The translations under genes were made by a program, and so were the position numbers. Positions 44,268 through 55,311 of a DNA stretch of 64,000 bases are shown here, piece by piece. Source of the DNA: an uncultured Actinomycetota bacterium. Its GTDB lineage: Bacteria > Actinomycetota > Actinomycetes > JAHEKZ01. The stretch covers positions 704,001-768,000 of the forward strand of contig CAVURN010000001.1 of assembly GCA_963743915.1 (NCBI GenBank), written 5' to 3'. Under the pieces are notes generated by a model. That model saw only the letters and a program-made list of their open reading frames with translations. It did not search any database and was not told the origin of the DNA. Position 1 is the stretch's first letter. Each line of letters opens with the position of its first letter.

Positions 44268-45710
44268 GTGAGCGACCGCGTCATCCGCAACTTCATCAAC
44301 GGCGAGTCGGTGGACTCCGCCGACGGCCAGATGATGGACCTCATCAACCCCACCACCGGCGAGGTCTTCGCCCAGGCCGCCAACAGCTCGGCCGAGGACG
44401 TCGACCGCGCCTTCAAGGCCGCCTCCGCCGCGTACGAGACCTGGCGGGACAGCACCCCCTCGGAGCGCTCGCTCGCGCTGCTGAAGATCGCCGACGCGAT
44501 CGAGGCGAACGCCGACGAGCTCGTGGCGCTGGAGAGCGAGAACACCGGCAAGCCGGTGGCCCTCACCGCCAGCGAAGAGATCCCCCCGATGGTGGACCAG
44601 CTCCGCTTCTTCGCCGGAGCCGCCCGGAACCTCGAGGGCCGGGCCGCCGGCGAGTACATGGCGGGTCACACCTCGATGATCCGTCGTGAGCCCGTGGGCG
44701 TCGTGGGCCAGGTGTCGCCCTGGAACTACCCGATGATGATGGCGGTCTGGAAGTACGCGCCCGCCATCGCCGCCGGGTGCACCACGGTCCTCAAGCCGTC
44801 GGACACGACGCCGGCCACGACCGTCCGGATGGCCGAGATCGCCGCCGAGTTCCTGCCGCCCGGCGTCCTCAACGTCGTCACCGGCGACCGCGACACCGGC
44901 CGGGCGCTCGTCGACCACCCGACCCCGCGCCTGATCTCGATCACCGGCTCGACGCGGGCCGGCATGCAGATCGCCGAGGCGGCGAGCAAGGACCTCAAGC
45001 GCCTTCACCTCGAGCTCGGGGGCAAGGCTCCGGTCGTCGTCTTCGACGACGCCGACATCGCCGCGGCGGCCGAGGCGATCGCCGTGGCCGGCTACTTCAA
45101 CGCCGGCCAGGACTGCACGGCGGCCACCCGAGTGCTTGCCGCTCCAGGCGTCTACGACGACTTCGTCGCCGCGCTCACCGAGCAGGCCCTCAACACCGCC
45201 ACGACGTTCGAGAACGGCCCGGGCGATGAGGACGCGCTGGTTCCCCCGGTCAACAACGTCAACCAGTTCGACCGGGTGCTGGGCTTCTTCGACCGGCTCC
45301 CCGACCACGCGCGCGTCACGGCCGGCGGCGAGAAGATCGGTGACCGCGGCTACTACGTCAAGCCGAGCGTCATCGCCGACGTCAAGCAGAACGACGAGGT
45401 GATCCAGAGCGAGATCTTCGGTCCGGTCATCACGGTGCAGAAGTTCGGGGACGAGGCAGAGGCGCTGCGGTACGCCAACGGCGTCGAGTACGGGCTGGCC
45501 TCGAGCGTGTGGACCAAGGACTTCGGTCGCGCGATGAGAATGGCCAAGAACCTCGACTTCGGGTGCGTGTGGATCAACACCCACATCCCGCTGGTCGCCG
45601 AGATGCCGCACGGCGGGTTCAAGCACTCCGGCTACGGCAAGGACCTGTCCATGTACGGGTTCGACGACTACACCCGCGTCAAGCACGTCATGGCCAACAT
45701 CGACAGCTGA
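44268..45710 (+). CDS. Gamma-aminobutyraldehyde dehydrogenase (copy 1)
   Basis: PWNYP, LKPS, TGST, LELGGKAP, NAGQDCTA, EIFGPV, EMPHGGFKHSGYGKD. Confidence 0.9.
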   Translation: MSDRVIRNFINGESVDSADGQMMDLINPTTGEVFAQAANSSAEDVDRAFKAASAAYETWRDSTPSERSLALLKIADAIEANADELVALESENTGKPVALTASEEIPPMVDQLRFFAGAARNLEGRAAGEYMAGHTSMIRREPVGVVGQVSPWNYPMMMAVWKYAPAIAAGCTTVLKPSDTTPATTVRMAEIAAEFLPPGVLNVVTGDRDTGRALVDHPTPRLISITGSTRAGMQIAEAASKDLKRLHLELGGKAPVVVFDDADIAAAAEAIAVAGYFNAGQDCTAATRVLAAPGVYDDFVAALTEQALNTATTFENGPGDEDALVPPVNNVNQFDRVLGFFDRLPDHARVTAGGEKIGDRGYYVKPSVIADVKQNDEVIQSEIFGPVITVQKFGDEAEALRYANGVEYGLASSVWTKDFGRAMRMAKNLDFGCVWINTHIPLVAEMPHGGFKHSGYGKDLSMYGFDDYTRVKHVMANIDS

Positions 45711-45716
45711 GCGCTC

Positions 45717-45758
45717 ACGTCGACGGCGGGTCCCCGGACGGGGACCCGCCGTCGACGT
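45717..45758. terminator. Bidirectional hairpin terminator
   Basis: Perfect 19-bp stem ACGTCGACGGCGGGTCCCC-ggac-GGGGACCCGCCGTCGACGT between convergent genes. Confidence 0.85.
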
Positions 45759-45771
45759 CTGTCGGCCGACC

Positions 45772-47433
45772 TCAGCCGGCCGACCGGATGGCGTCGAGGG
45801 CTGCGGCCGCCACCTGGAGTGACAGGCAGGTCGCGACGTCGTCGAGGTCGACGCCGAGCACCTCCTCGACCTGTCTGAGGCGGTCGTAGAAGGCGGGGCG
45901 CGACAACCCGCAGGCTGCCGCAGCCGAGGACTTGTTGCGTCCGGCGTCGAGGTAGCAGCGAAGCGCGGTGAGCAGATCCCCGCCGCGCGCCCCGCCGGGC
46001 GCTGCGCCCGAAGTCCCGCCCGGAGCCGCGCCGGCAGCGCTGCCCCGCGCGACGTCGTGGGCCAGAAGGGGACCGAGCTCGCGCTCCACGTACGTCTGAA
46101 GCCGCTCGTCGTCGCGCAGCAGGTGCAGCAGCCCGGCCAGTCCCACGTCCGCCAGACGGTGGAAGGGACGGTCCGCGCGGTCGCCCACCACGTCGGCCAC
46201 CTGTGCCGCCTCCAGGAAGGACCGTCTGACCTCGAGCACATCGGCGACCGTCGAACCGGCCGCGACCACCACCGGTTCGGCCGAGCCCCGACGAATGCGG
46301 TTCGACACCGACTCCAGCGCGCGCTCGGCGTCCGAGGGCGTGGAGGCGGCGAGCAGCAGGCCCACCGTGGCGTCGTCGAGCACGCCCACGAGGCCGAGCA
46401 CCCGCACGCCGCGCAGCGAGTCGGCGGTGACGTCGGCCAGCCGACGGAGTCGCGCCTGGTCGGCGAGGGCGGCATGGGTACGTCGCGCGGGCCGCACGAC
46501 GACCCCGACGAGGTGTCGCCGCTCCAAGGGGACGCCGACGCCTTTCGCCCGCAGGTGCAGGTCGTGCGAGGGAGCGGTCTGGTCGACGATCGCCATGAGC
46601 AGGCTCCGGTGGGTCTGCCGCTCGAGCGACACCTGCTCGTGCTCCAACAGGCGCCCCAGGGCCAGAGCGCCGGCCGCGCGCTCGGCCAGCACGAGATCAC
46701 GACTGGACGCCGGGGAGTCCAGGACGATCACCAACCGTCCCCAGTCGGTTCCCCGAGCCCCGACGGTCGCGACCACCCATCCCTGCTCGGCGTCAAAGGT
46801 GGTGCGGCCGGCCGGCCTGACGCGACGGGACCGCGACTCCCAGCGGTCCAGGAGCTGGTCGGCCGAGGCGCCGGCCGGGTCGAAGGCGAGAACCTGGTGG
46901 CCCAGGCTCTCGAGCACGACGGGCGCCTTCGCCATGCGGGCGGTCTGGCGGACGATCGCTTCGGGGTCCGCACCTTCGATGGAGAGCTCGGTGAAGGTCC
47001 GGTGCACCTGGTCGGAATGGCGCAGCTCGCTCAGCTGGGCGTCCACGATGATGGCGTGCACCGCCTCGGTGACCTGCACGAACGGCGTCTCGCGTCGGAG
47101 CTCCACCACCGGCAGGCCGAGGCGCTCGGCAGCCTGGGTGAGGGCGGCGGGCAGGTGCTCGTCGTAGCGCCTGCCGAGCTCGACGACGAGTCCGGAGGTA
47201 CCCGCTTCGGCGAGGTTCCCGACGAAGGTCGCCAGGTCACGTGGGTCGTCGGGGAAGGCCACCCCTGTCGAGAGCAGCAGCTCGCCACCCCTCAGGAGGT
47301 GGGTGACATCCGGCAGCTCGGCCACATGGGTCCACCGCACCTGACGCCCCAGCCCGCGCGCACCGGCGACCACGCGGGGCCGCCCGCCCCGGACGGCCTC
47401 GAGGTCGAGCACCTGAGCGACTGTCGGAAACAC
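45772..47433 (-). CDS. PucR family transcriptional regulator
   Basis: VRWTHVAE...LRGGELLLSTG PucR N-domain; C-terminal HTH LRCYLDAGRNKSSAAAACGLSRPAFYDRL. Confidence 0.92.
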   Translation of the reverse strand: MFPTVAQVLDLEAVRGGRPRVVAGARGLGRQVRWTHVAELPDVTHLLRGGELLLSTGVAFPDDPRDLATFVGNLAEAGTSGLVVELGRRYDEHLPAALTQAAERLGLPVVELRRETPFVQVTEAVHAIIVDAQLSELRHSDQVHRTFTELSIEGADPEAIVRQTARMAKAPVVLESLGHQVLAFDPAGASADQLLDRWESRSRRVRPAGRTTFDAEQGWVVATVGARGTDWGRLVIVLDSPASSRDLVLAERAAGALALGRLLEHEQVSLERQTHRSLLMAIVDQTAPSHDLHLRAKGVGVPLERRHLVGVVVRPARRTHAALADQARLRRLADVTADSLRGVRVLGLVGVLDDATVGLLLAASTPSDAERALESVSNRIRRGSAEPVVVAAGSTVADVLEVRRSFLEAAQVADVVGDRADRPFHRLADVGLAGLLHLLRDDERLQTYVERELGPLLAHDVARGSAAGAAPGGTSGAAPGGARGGDLLTALRCYLDAGRNKSSAAAACGLSRPAFYDRLRQVEEVLGVDLDDVATCLSLQVAAAALDAIRSAG

Positions 47434-47564
47434 AGGGGCACCGTGCCAGGACGCTGACAGTGTGTAAACCCGACAGCGCCCGCGACGCCGCTCAGCGCGA
47501 GGGCTGGGTCCCGATCAGGGGGTTACTGGTGCTGAATCGTGGTTCGGGACGGCCCACTGATCAC

Positions 47565-47600
47565 GATTCCGTCGCAGATCTGCCGGGTTGCGACGGAATC
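47565..47600. promoter_or_regulatory. Putative operator, dyad GATTCCGT-N20-ACGGAATC
   Basis: CGATTCCGTCGCA...TGCGACGGAATCG inverted repeat upstream of the second aldehyde dehydrogenase operon. Confidence 0.55.
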
Positions 47601-47773
47601 GCTTGTCCTGGTGGCGATTCTCTGTCAGGATCAGCGCCCGCAGGGAGCCCCCGTCTCACCCGCCGCCGTGAGAAGCGGCCCCGGTCGGGCACGGGTACGG
47701 TGGCCCTCGGCTGGCTGAGGGGCCAGCGACCGCAGGGGACGCGCCACCCGGGCGCAGGCGAGGAGGATGTGCC

Positions 47774-49261
47774 ATGACCATCGCCAGCCACTTCATCGGG
47801 GGACGTGGGGTCGAGAGCGCGAACGGTGACACCGACGACGTCATCGACCCGAGCAACGGCGAGGTCGTCCAGCAGGTCACGCTGGCCACCCCCGACGACG
47901 TCGACGCGGCTGTCGCGGCAGCTGCCGCAGCCTTCCCGGAGTGGTCGACTGCCACGCCGGGGGCTCGGTCGGACGCGCTCGCCGCATTCGCCCGAGTCCT
48001 GGCTGACCGGGCCGACGACTTCGCAGCCGTCGAGAGCCGACAGGCCGGCAAGCCGATCAGGCTGGCGACCGAGTTCGACGTACCGGGCACGGTCGACAAC
48101 ACCGCCTTCTTCTCCGGTGCCGCCCGCAACCTCGAGGGCAAGGCCGCCGGCGAGTACAGCGCCGACCACACCTCGATGGTCCGCCGAGAGCCGATCGGCG
48201 TCGTCGGATCGATCGCTCCCTGGAACTACCCGCTTCAGATGGCGGCCTGGAAGGTGCTCCCCGCGATCGCCGCGGGAAACACGATCGTCCTCAAGCCGGC
48301 CGAGATGACGCCCCTGACGTCGGTCATGTTCGCCGAGGCCGCGCACGACGCCGGGATCCCAGCAGGGGTCGTCAACGTCATCACCGGGCGCGGCTCGGTC
48401 GCCGGACAGCACCTGATCGAGCACCCCGGGGTCTCGATGGTCTCGTTCACCGGTTCCACTCCGGTGGGGCAGCGGGTGATGCGGACTGCCTCGGAGACCG
48501 TCAAGCGGGTGCACCTCGAGCTCGGCGGCAAGGCACCCTTCGTCGTCTTCGACGACGCGGACCTCGATGCGGCTGTGCAGGGAGCGGTGGCCGGCTCTCT
48601 CATCAACACGGGTCAGGACTGCACGGCAGCCACGCGCGCCTACGTCCAGCGCCCGTTGTACGACGCGTTCGTGCAGGGTGTCGCGGACGTGATGGCCGGG
48701 GTCGTGCTCGGCCCGACCGCGGACCCGGGCACCGACCAGGGGCCGCTCATCTCGGCCAAGCAGCAGCAGAGCGTGGCTGGCTACGTCGAGCGGGCGCGCG
48801 GCTACGGCGCCAAGGTGGTCCGCGGCGGTCAGATCCCTGGTGGCGCCCTCGCGAAGGGCTCCTACTACGAGCCCACGCTGGTGGTGGACGCTGCGCAGGA
48901 CTCCGAGATCGTCCAGCAGGAGCTCTTCGGCCCCGTCCTGGTCGTCCTGCCCTTCGACGACGACGACGAGGGGCTCCGCCTCGCCAACGACACCCCGTAC
49001 GGCTTGGCGGCATCGGTGTGGACCCGGGACGTGTTCCGCTCCCTGCGTGCGACGACCGAGATCCGGTCAGGCTGTGTCTGGGTGAACGACCACATCCCGA
49101 TCATCAGCGAGATGCCGCACGGCGGCTACAAGCAGTCCGGATTCGGCAAGGACATGAGCCAGTACTCGCTCGACGAGTACACGAACGTCAAGCACGTCAT
49201 GTACGACCGCACCGCGGCCGTGCGCAAGGACTGGCACCGGACCATCTTCAGCGGCCGGTGA
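47774..49261 (+). CDS. Gamma-aminobutyraldehyde dehydrogenase (copy 2)
   Basis: PWNYPL, FTGST, LELGGKAP, NTGQDCTA, ELFGPV, EMPHGGYKQSGFGKD. Confidence 0.9.
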   Translation: MTIASHFIGGRGVESANGDTDDVIDPSNGEVVQQVTLATPDDVDAAVAAAAAAFPEWSTATPGARSDALAAFARVLADRADDFAAVESRQAGKPIRLATEFDVPGTVDNTAFFSGAARNLEGKAAGEYSADHTSMVRREPIGVVGSIAPWNYPLQMAAWKVLPAIAAGNTIVLKPAEMTPLTSVMFAEAAHDAGIPAGVVNVITGRGSVAGQHLIEHPGVSMVSFTGSTPVGQRVMRTASETVKRVHLELGGKAPFVVFDDADLDAAVQGAVAGSLINTGQDCTAATRAYVQRPLYDAFVQGVADVMAGVVLGPTADPGTDQGPLISAKQQQSVAGYVERARGYGAKVVRGGQIPGGALAKGSYYEPTLVVDAAQDSEIVQQELFGPVLVVLPFDDDDEGLRLANDTPYGLAASVWTRDVFRSLRATTEIRSGCVWVNDHIPIISEMPHGGYKQSGFGKDMSQYSLDEYTNVKHVMYDRTAAVRKDWHRTIFSGR

Positions 49262-49315
49262 CCGGCGGATCGAGGGGATTCGCATCATTCCCAACCATCG
49301 CGGAGGACACTCAGC

Positions 49316-50522
49316 ATGACTGACCTGAACCCATTTTCGAGCCCGGTCGCGGGCCTGCGGCGCCCCACCGGCCTGTCGCGGCGAGGCTTCCTCCGCGGGG
49401 TCGGTGCCACCGGCGCCGCAGCTGCGGGTGCCGGCCTGCTGGCCGCGTGCGGAAGCGACGACGGCGGCGGCGACGGCGGCAGCTCGGGGGGGAACGACGA
49501 CCCGATCCTGAACTTCGCCAACTGGCCGCTGTACATCGACCAGCTCAAGGGGGACCAGAAGGCCCCCGGAACCACGATGGCCGGATTCGAGGACGAGACC
49601 GGCATCACCGTGAACTACACCGAGCCGGTGAACGACAACGAGGAGTACTTCGCCAAGATCCGCCCGATCCTCGCGGCGGACAAGGACGTCGGTGTCGACT
49701 CGTTCGTGCTCACCGACTGGATGGCTTCCAAGCTCATCAATCTCGGGTGGCTGCAGAAGTTCGACAAGGCCAACATCCCGAACTTCGACAACCTCGTGCC
49801 GAAGCAGCAGTCGCCGGAGTTCGACCCGAACCGCGACTACTCGATCCCGTGGCAGTCCGGCAGCACCGCGATCGCGTACGACTCCAGCCAGATCGACGAG
49901 GTCACGTCCATCAGTGACCTGCTCACCAACCCCGAGCTCAACGGCTCCATCACGGTGCTGAAGGAGATGCGGGACACGATGGGCCTGATCCTGCTCGACC
50001 AGGGAGCAGACCCGGCCGACTTCACCGACGACGAGTGGGCCTCGGCCATCGCGGCGCTGCAGGCGGCCAAGGACTCCGGCCAGATCCGGCAGTTCACCGG
50101 GAACAACTACGCGCAGCTGCTCGCCAAGGGCGACATCAAGGCCTGCATCGCGTGGGCCGGTGACGTGATCCAGCTGCAGTTCGACAACCCGAACATCAAG
50201 TACTACATCCCCGAGGCCGGCGCCATGCTGTGGTCGGACAACATGCTCATCCCGATCAACGCTCAGCACAAGGAGAACGCTGAGAAGTGGATGAACTACT
50301 ACTACGACCCGAAGGTGGCGGCGACGCTCTCCGCTCTGGGTGAACTACATCTCGCCCGTGGCCGGTGCGCAGGAAGAGGTGCGGAAGATCGACCCCGAGC
50401 TCGCCGACAACCCGCTCATCTTCCCGACCGAGGAGGACTACTCGAAGCTGCACATCTTCCGCGGCCTGACCGACGAGGAGGAGACCAAGTACGCCTCCGA
50501 GTTCCAGGACATCGCGGTCTAG
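49316..50522 (+). CDS. Polyamine ABC transporter substrate-binding protein (PotD-like Tat lipoprotein); indel near 50335
   Basis: SRRGFLRG Tat motif plus LLAAC lipobox; NWPLYID, PWQSG, PEAGAMLWSDNM; C-terminus VNYISPV... in the next frame. Confidence 0.9.
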
Positions 50523-50647
50523 TCCCACGGGCTTTCCTTTCGGGGGCACCCTTGCCACACTGAGCCATCGCACCAGGTGGCAGGGGTGCACCCGAGGCCC
50601 AGAACCGACCCGACGACCCACCCCGACGAGCCGACGAAGCAGGACCG

Positions 50648-51817
50648 ATGAGCGAACAGATGACAGCCCCGGCACCAGGCCCCGCCGCGTCCGGTGGCGG
50701 CGCGGACCTTCACATCGTCGACGTCACGAAGCAGTTCGGCAGCTTCAAGGCGGTCGACGACCTGACGCTCACCATCCCGGCGGGCTCCTTCTTCGCCCTG
50801 CTCGGCCCCTCCGGCTGTGGCAAGACGACCACCCTGCGCATGGTGGCGGGTCTCGAGCAGCCGACCGCCGGCCGGATCGTGATCGGCAGCGAGGACGTCA
50901 CCCACCGCAAGCCGTACAAGCGCCCCGTCAACACCGTGTTCCAGTCCTACGCGCTCTTTCCCCATCTGGACATCTTCGAGAACGTCGCCTTCGGACTGCG
51001 CCGCTCGGGCAAGAAGAAGGACATCCGCTCCGAGGTCGAGGCGATTCTCGAGCTGGTCGAGCTCACCACCTATGCGCGCCGCAAGCCGACCCAGCTCTCC
51101 GGCGGGCAGCAGCAGCGCGTGGCGGTGGCCCGAGCCCTCATCAACAAGCCCGAGGTGCTGCTGCTCGATGAGCCGCTCGGGGCGCTCGACCTCAAGCTCC
51201 GTCGCCAGATGCAGATCGAGCTCAAGCGCATCCAGACCGACGTCGGCATCACCTTCGTGCACGTCACGCACGACCAGGAAGAGGCCATGACCATGGCCGA
51301 CACCATCGCGGTCATGAACGCCGGACGGATCGAGCAGATGGGTGCCCCCATCGACCTCTACGAGAACCCGGTCACCACCTTCGTCGCGAACTTCCTCGGC
51401 CAGTCCAACCTGTTGGAGGGTCGACTGACCGGCAAGAGCGGCGGCGACGCGCTGCTCGAGGTCCACGGCCAGCGGATGGCTCTGCCCACGGCTCGCGTGC
51501 ACTCCGACCGGGACGACGTGTGGGTCGGGGTACGCCCGGAGAAGATGCAGATCAGCCGCGCCGGCACCGCCGTGAACGGGGAGAACGCGGTGACCGGGGT
51601 GGTCACCGACGCCAGCTACATCGGCGTCTCCACCCAGTACCTCGTCCAGCTCCCCTGGGGCCAGGAGGTCGGCGTCTTCTCCCAGAACCTCTCGACCGAA
51701 GGTCCCCTCAGCAACGGGGACGAGGTGGTCCTCCACTGGAACCCGGCTCACACCTTCGCCCTCGATGCGACCCAGGACGCGGAGGCTGGCGCCGAGAAGG
51801 TCGAGGGAGACGAGTGA
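50648..51817 (+). CDS. Polyamine ABC transporter ATP-binding protein (PotA-like)
   Basis: [39 protein letters not shown]. Confidence 0.93.
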   Translation: MSEQMTAPAPGPAASGGGADLHIVDVTKQFGSFKAVDDLTLTIPAGSFFALLGPSGCGKTTTLRMVAGLEQPTAGRIVIGSEDVTHRKPYKRPVNTVFQSYALFPHLDIFENVAFGLRRSGKKKDIRSEVEAILELVELTTYARRKPTQLSGGQQQRVAVARALINKPEVLLLDEPLGALDLKLRRQMQIELKRIQTDVGITFVHVTHDQEEAMTMADTIAVMNAGRIEQMGAPIDLYENPVTTFVANFLGQSNLLEGRLTGKSGGDALLEVHGQRMALPTARVHSDRDDVWVGVRPEKMQISRAGTAVNGENAVTGVVTDASYIGVSTQYLVQLPWGQEVGVFSQNLSTEGPLSNGDEVVLHWNPAHTFALDATQDAEAGAEKVEGDE

Positions 51818-52810
51818 GCGCGGCTCCAGCGCCGGGAGCGGCAGCGTCCGCACCCCTCGACGACGTCGCGCGTCCGGTCGGAGCACACTCCTGGACGCCG
51901 TATGCGCTGCTGACGCCGGGCATGCTCTGGCTCGCGGTGTTCTTCCTCGTGCCCGACCGTGATGCTCGTGTACATGTCGCTGTCGACGGGCACGGCCTTC
52001 ACCGGTGACGGCACCTTCAGCTTCAACTGGCAGTTCTCGAACTACACCGACGCCGTCAGCGAGTACGTCATCGACGAGCCGATCTTCCAGAAGTCGTTGA
52101 TCTACGCGTTGATCGCCACCGTGCTCTGCCTGGCCATCGCGTACCCGCTCGCCTACACCATCGCCTTCAAGGCGGGACGCTGGAGGAACTTCCTGCTGGT
52201 CCTGGTGATCGCGCCGTTCTTCACCAGCTTCCTGCTCAGGACCAACGCGTGGCAGACCATCCTGTCGGACAACGGGGTGGTCGTCGGCGTGATGAAGGAC
52301 CTAGGGATCCTGAGCTTCCTGAACACGGTCATCAACACGCCTGACTCCTGGCCGAGCTGGACGCAGATCTTCCCCGAGGGCATCACCGCCGACGACCGGG
52401 TGCTGTCCACGCCGCTGGCGGTCATCCTGGGCATCACCTACAACTTCCTGCCGTTCATGACCCTGCCGCTGTACGCCAGCCTCGAGCGGATCGACGTCCG
52501 GCTGATCGAGGCGGCGACCGACCTCTACTCGTCGGCGTGGACGGCGTTCCGCAAGGTCACCTTCCCGTTGTCGCTGCCCGGTGTCGTGGCGGGCACGCTG
52601 TTGACGTTCATCCCTGCCGCCGGTGACCCGGTCAACGCGTTCCTGCTCGGGTCGAGCAACGACCAGCTCATGGGCAACGCGATCGACTCGCAGTTCAAGT
52701 CGACGGGCAACTATCCGCTCGCCGCAGCGCTGTCGGCGATGCTGATGGTGGTGATCGTCGCCATGGTCGCCCTGTACGTGCGCCGTGCCGGCACCGAGGA
52801 GCTGGTCTGA
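51814..52810 (+). CDS. Polyamine ABC transporter permease (PotB-like); indel near 51955
   Basis: PYALLTPGMLWLAVFFLVP | ...PFFTSFLLRTNAW, YNFLPFMTLPLY, EAATDLY. Confidence 0.9.
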
Positions 52811-53686
52811 TGTCCACCGTGACGATCGAGGAGCGACGCGCCCGCGCGCTCGCCGAACTGCCGCCCTACCGCGAGCCGGGTGTGGGCACCCGCTTCGTCC
52901 GGTGGTTGCGCGCCCATCTGATCCAGTTCCTGGCCGCGTTGGCGCTGCTCTACATGTTCGTCCCGGTGCTGCTCGTCGTGGCGTTCTCGTTCAACGACCC
53001 CGCCGGCAAGTACAACTACACCTGGAACCAGTTCTCGACCGCGGCATGGACCGACGTGTGGCAGGACGCCCAGATCACCGACTCGGTCACGCTGAGCATC
53101 GAGATCGCGCTGCTCAGCACCGCTGTCGCCACGATGCTCGGCACCCTCATCGCCTTCGCCATCGGCCGTCACCGGTTCCGCGGCCGCGGCGGCACCAACC
53201 TGCTCATCTTCATGCCGATGGCGACCCCCGAGGTCGTCATGGGCTCCTCGCTGCTCACGCTCTTCGTCGCCGCGGGTCGTGAGGGTGAGCTCGGATTCGC
53301 GCACGATCACCATCGCGCACATCATGTTCTGCATCAGCTTCGTGGTCGTCACCGTGAAGGCCCGGATCGCCGGTCTCGACCCGCGTCTCGAACAGGCCGC
53401 CATGGACCTCTATGCGGATGAGAAGACCACCTTCCGCAAGGTCACCTTCCCGCTCGTGCTCCCGGGCATCGTGGCGGCTGCGCTGCTCGCCTTCTCGTTG
53501 TCGTTCGACGACTTCGTGATCACCAACTTCACCAGTGGCCAGACCCTGACCTTCCCCATGTACGTCTGGGGTGCGGCCGGTCGAGGCATCCCGCCTGAGG
53601 CGAACGTGGTCGGGGCCATCATGTTCGGCATCGCCCTGGTGATCGTCATCATCCCCGAGCTGGTCAAGCGGTTCCGCAAGCGCTGA
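52810..53686 (+). CDS. Polyamine ABC transporter permease (PotC-like); indel near 53290
   Basis: AFSFND, PEVVMG | IAHIMFCISF, EQAAMDLYA, SLSFDDFVIT. Confidence 0.9.
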
Positions 53687-53759
53687 GCGGTCTCGCAGGT
53701 GGCCGGGGTCACGTCGCTGACCTCGCGGTGGTGCTCCATACTCGTGGCGAGGTGAGAGC

Positions 53760-55194
53760 GTGTCCGGAGTCCTGTCGAACGTCCCCGTCAGTGCGGCGAG
53801 CATCCGCGCGTCCCTGAAGGACGCGCAGCCGGCGTCCTTCTGGCTCGATGACCCAGACGGCGCCCGAGCCGCGTCCGACGCTGGCCGAGCACCTGCGCTG
53901 CGACCTGCTGGTGGTGGGTGGCGGCTTCACCGGGCTCTGGACCGCGCTGCTGGCCAAGGAGGAGGACCCGTCGCTCGACGTGGTCCTCGTGGAGGGCGAG
54001 CGGATCGGCTGGGCCGCCACGGGACGCAACGGCGGCTTCGTGTCCTCCAGCCTGACCCACGGTCTGCCCAACGGCGTCGACCGGTTCGCCGACGAGATGC
54101 CGACCCTGCTGCGCCTGGGCGACGAGAACCTCGATGCGATCGAGGAGACCATCGCCCGGTACGGGATCGACGCGCAGTGGGAGCACAACGGTGAGCTGAC
54201 CGCCGCCTACGAGCAGTGGCAGGTCGACGAGCTCGGCCACTACGTGGAGCAGGGCAAGGAGTACGGCGTCGACATCGAGCTCTGGGACGCCCAGCGCATG
54301 CAGGAGGAGGTGCACTCACCGACCTACCTGGGCGGACTGCACGAGCCGCACGGCACGGCACTGGTGAACCCGGCCCGACTCGCGTGGGGACTGGCCGACG
54401 GCTGCGGAGAGCCTCGGGGTCCGGATCTTCGAGCGGAGCAAGGTCACCGGTCTGGCCGAGGAGGGCGGCCAGATGGTCGCGTCCACCGGCTACGGCCAGG
54501 TGCAGGCACCGAAGGTCGCGCTCGCGACCAACATCTTCCCCAACCTGGTGCGCCGAGCCCGGTCCTACGTGATCCCGGTGTGGGACTACGTGCTGATGAC
54601 CGAGCCGCTGTCGCCCGCAGCAGATGGACTCCATCGGCTGGCGGCACCGGCAGGGGATCGGCGACGGCGGCAACCAGTTCCACTACTACCGGCTCAGCAG
54701 CGACAACCGCATCCTCTGGGGCGGTTACGACGCGATCTACCACTTCGGCAACGGTCTGGGCGAGGAGCTCGCCCAGCGCCCGGAGTCGTTCGTCCGGCTG
54801 GCGGAGCACTTCTTCACCACCTTCCCCCAGCTCGAGGGGGTGCGGTTCAGCCACACCTGGGGCGGTGCCATCGACACCTCCACGCGGTTCTGTGCCCTGT
54901 GGGGCCAGGCGTACGGCGGCAGGGTCTCCTACGTGCTCGGGTACACCGGGCTCGGGCGTGGGCGCGACCCGGTTCGGGGCGCAGGTCATGCTCGACCACC
55001 TGCACGGACGCCGCACGGAGCGGACCGAGCTGCAGATGGTCCGCAAGAAGCCGGTCCCCTTCCCGCCGGAGCCGGTGAAGTCGGCCGGCATCCAGCTCAC
55101 CCGGTGGTCGATCGCCCGGGCGGACCGCCAGGAGGGGAAGCGGAACCTCTGGCTCCGGAGTCTGGACCGTCTGGGACTCGGCTTCGACTCCTGA
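53760..55194 (+). CDS. FAD-dependent oxidoreductase (DadA/PuuB-like amine oxidase); several indels
   Basis: SFWLD, DLLVVGGGFTGLWTAL, GWAATGRNGGF, WGGAID, GYTGLGVGATRFGA across several frames. Confidence 0.85.
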
Positions 55195-55225
55195 TCACAA
55201 GATGTAAGGCGAACGTCGATCTGCC

Positions 55226-55238
55226 TGACACTGTGTCA
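55226..55238. promoter_or_regulatory. Putative operator TGACA-N3-TGTCA
   Basis: Perfect dyad upstream of mmsA; variants at 47455-47467 (upstream of pucR) and 58524. Confidence 0.5.
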
Positions 55239-55311
55239 CTTGAACGGGCGCGGCACCGGTGGACCAGAGTGGAGCCCGGTGCCGAGATGCGGCGCGTTGG
55301 CAGGAGGCACA

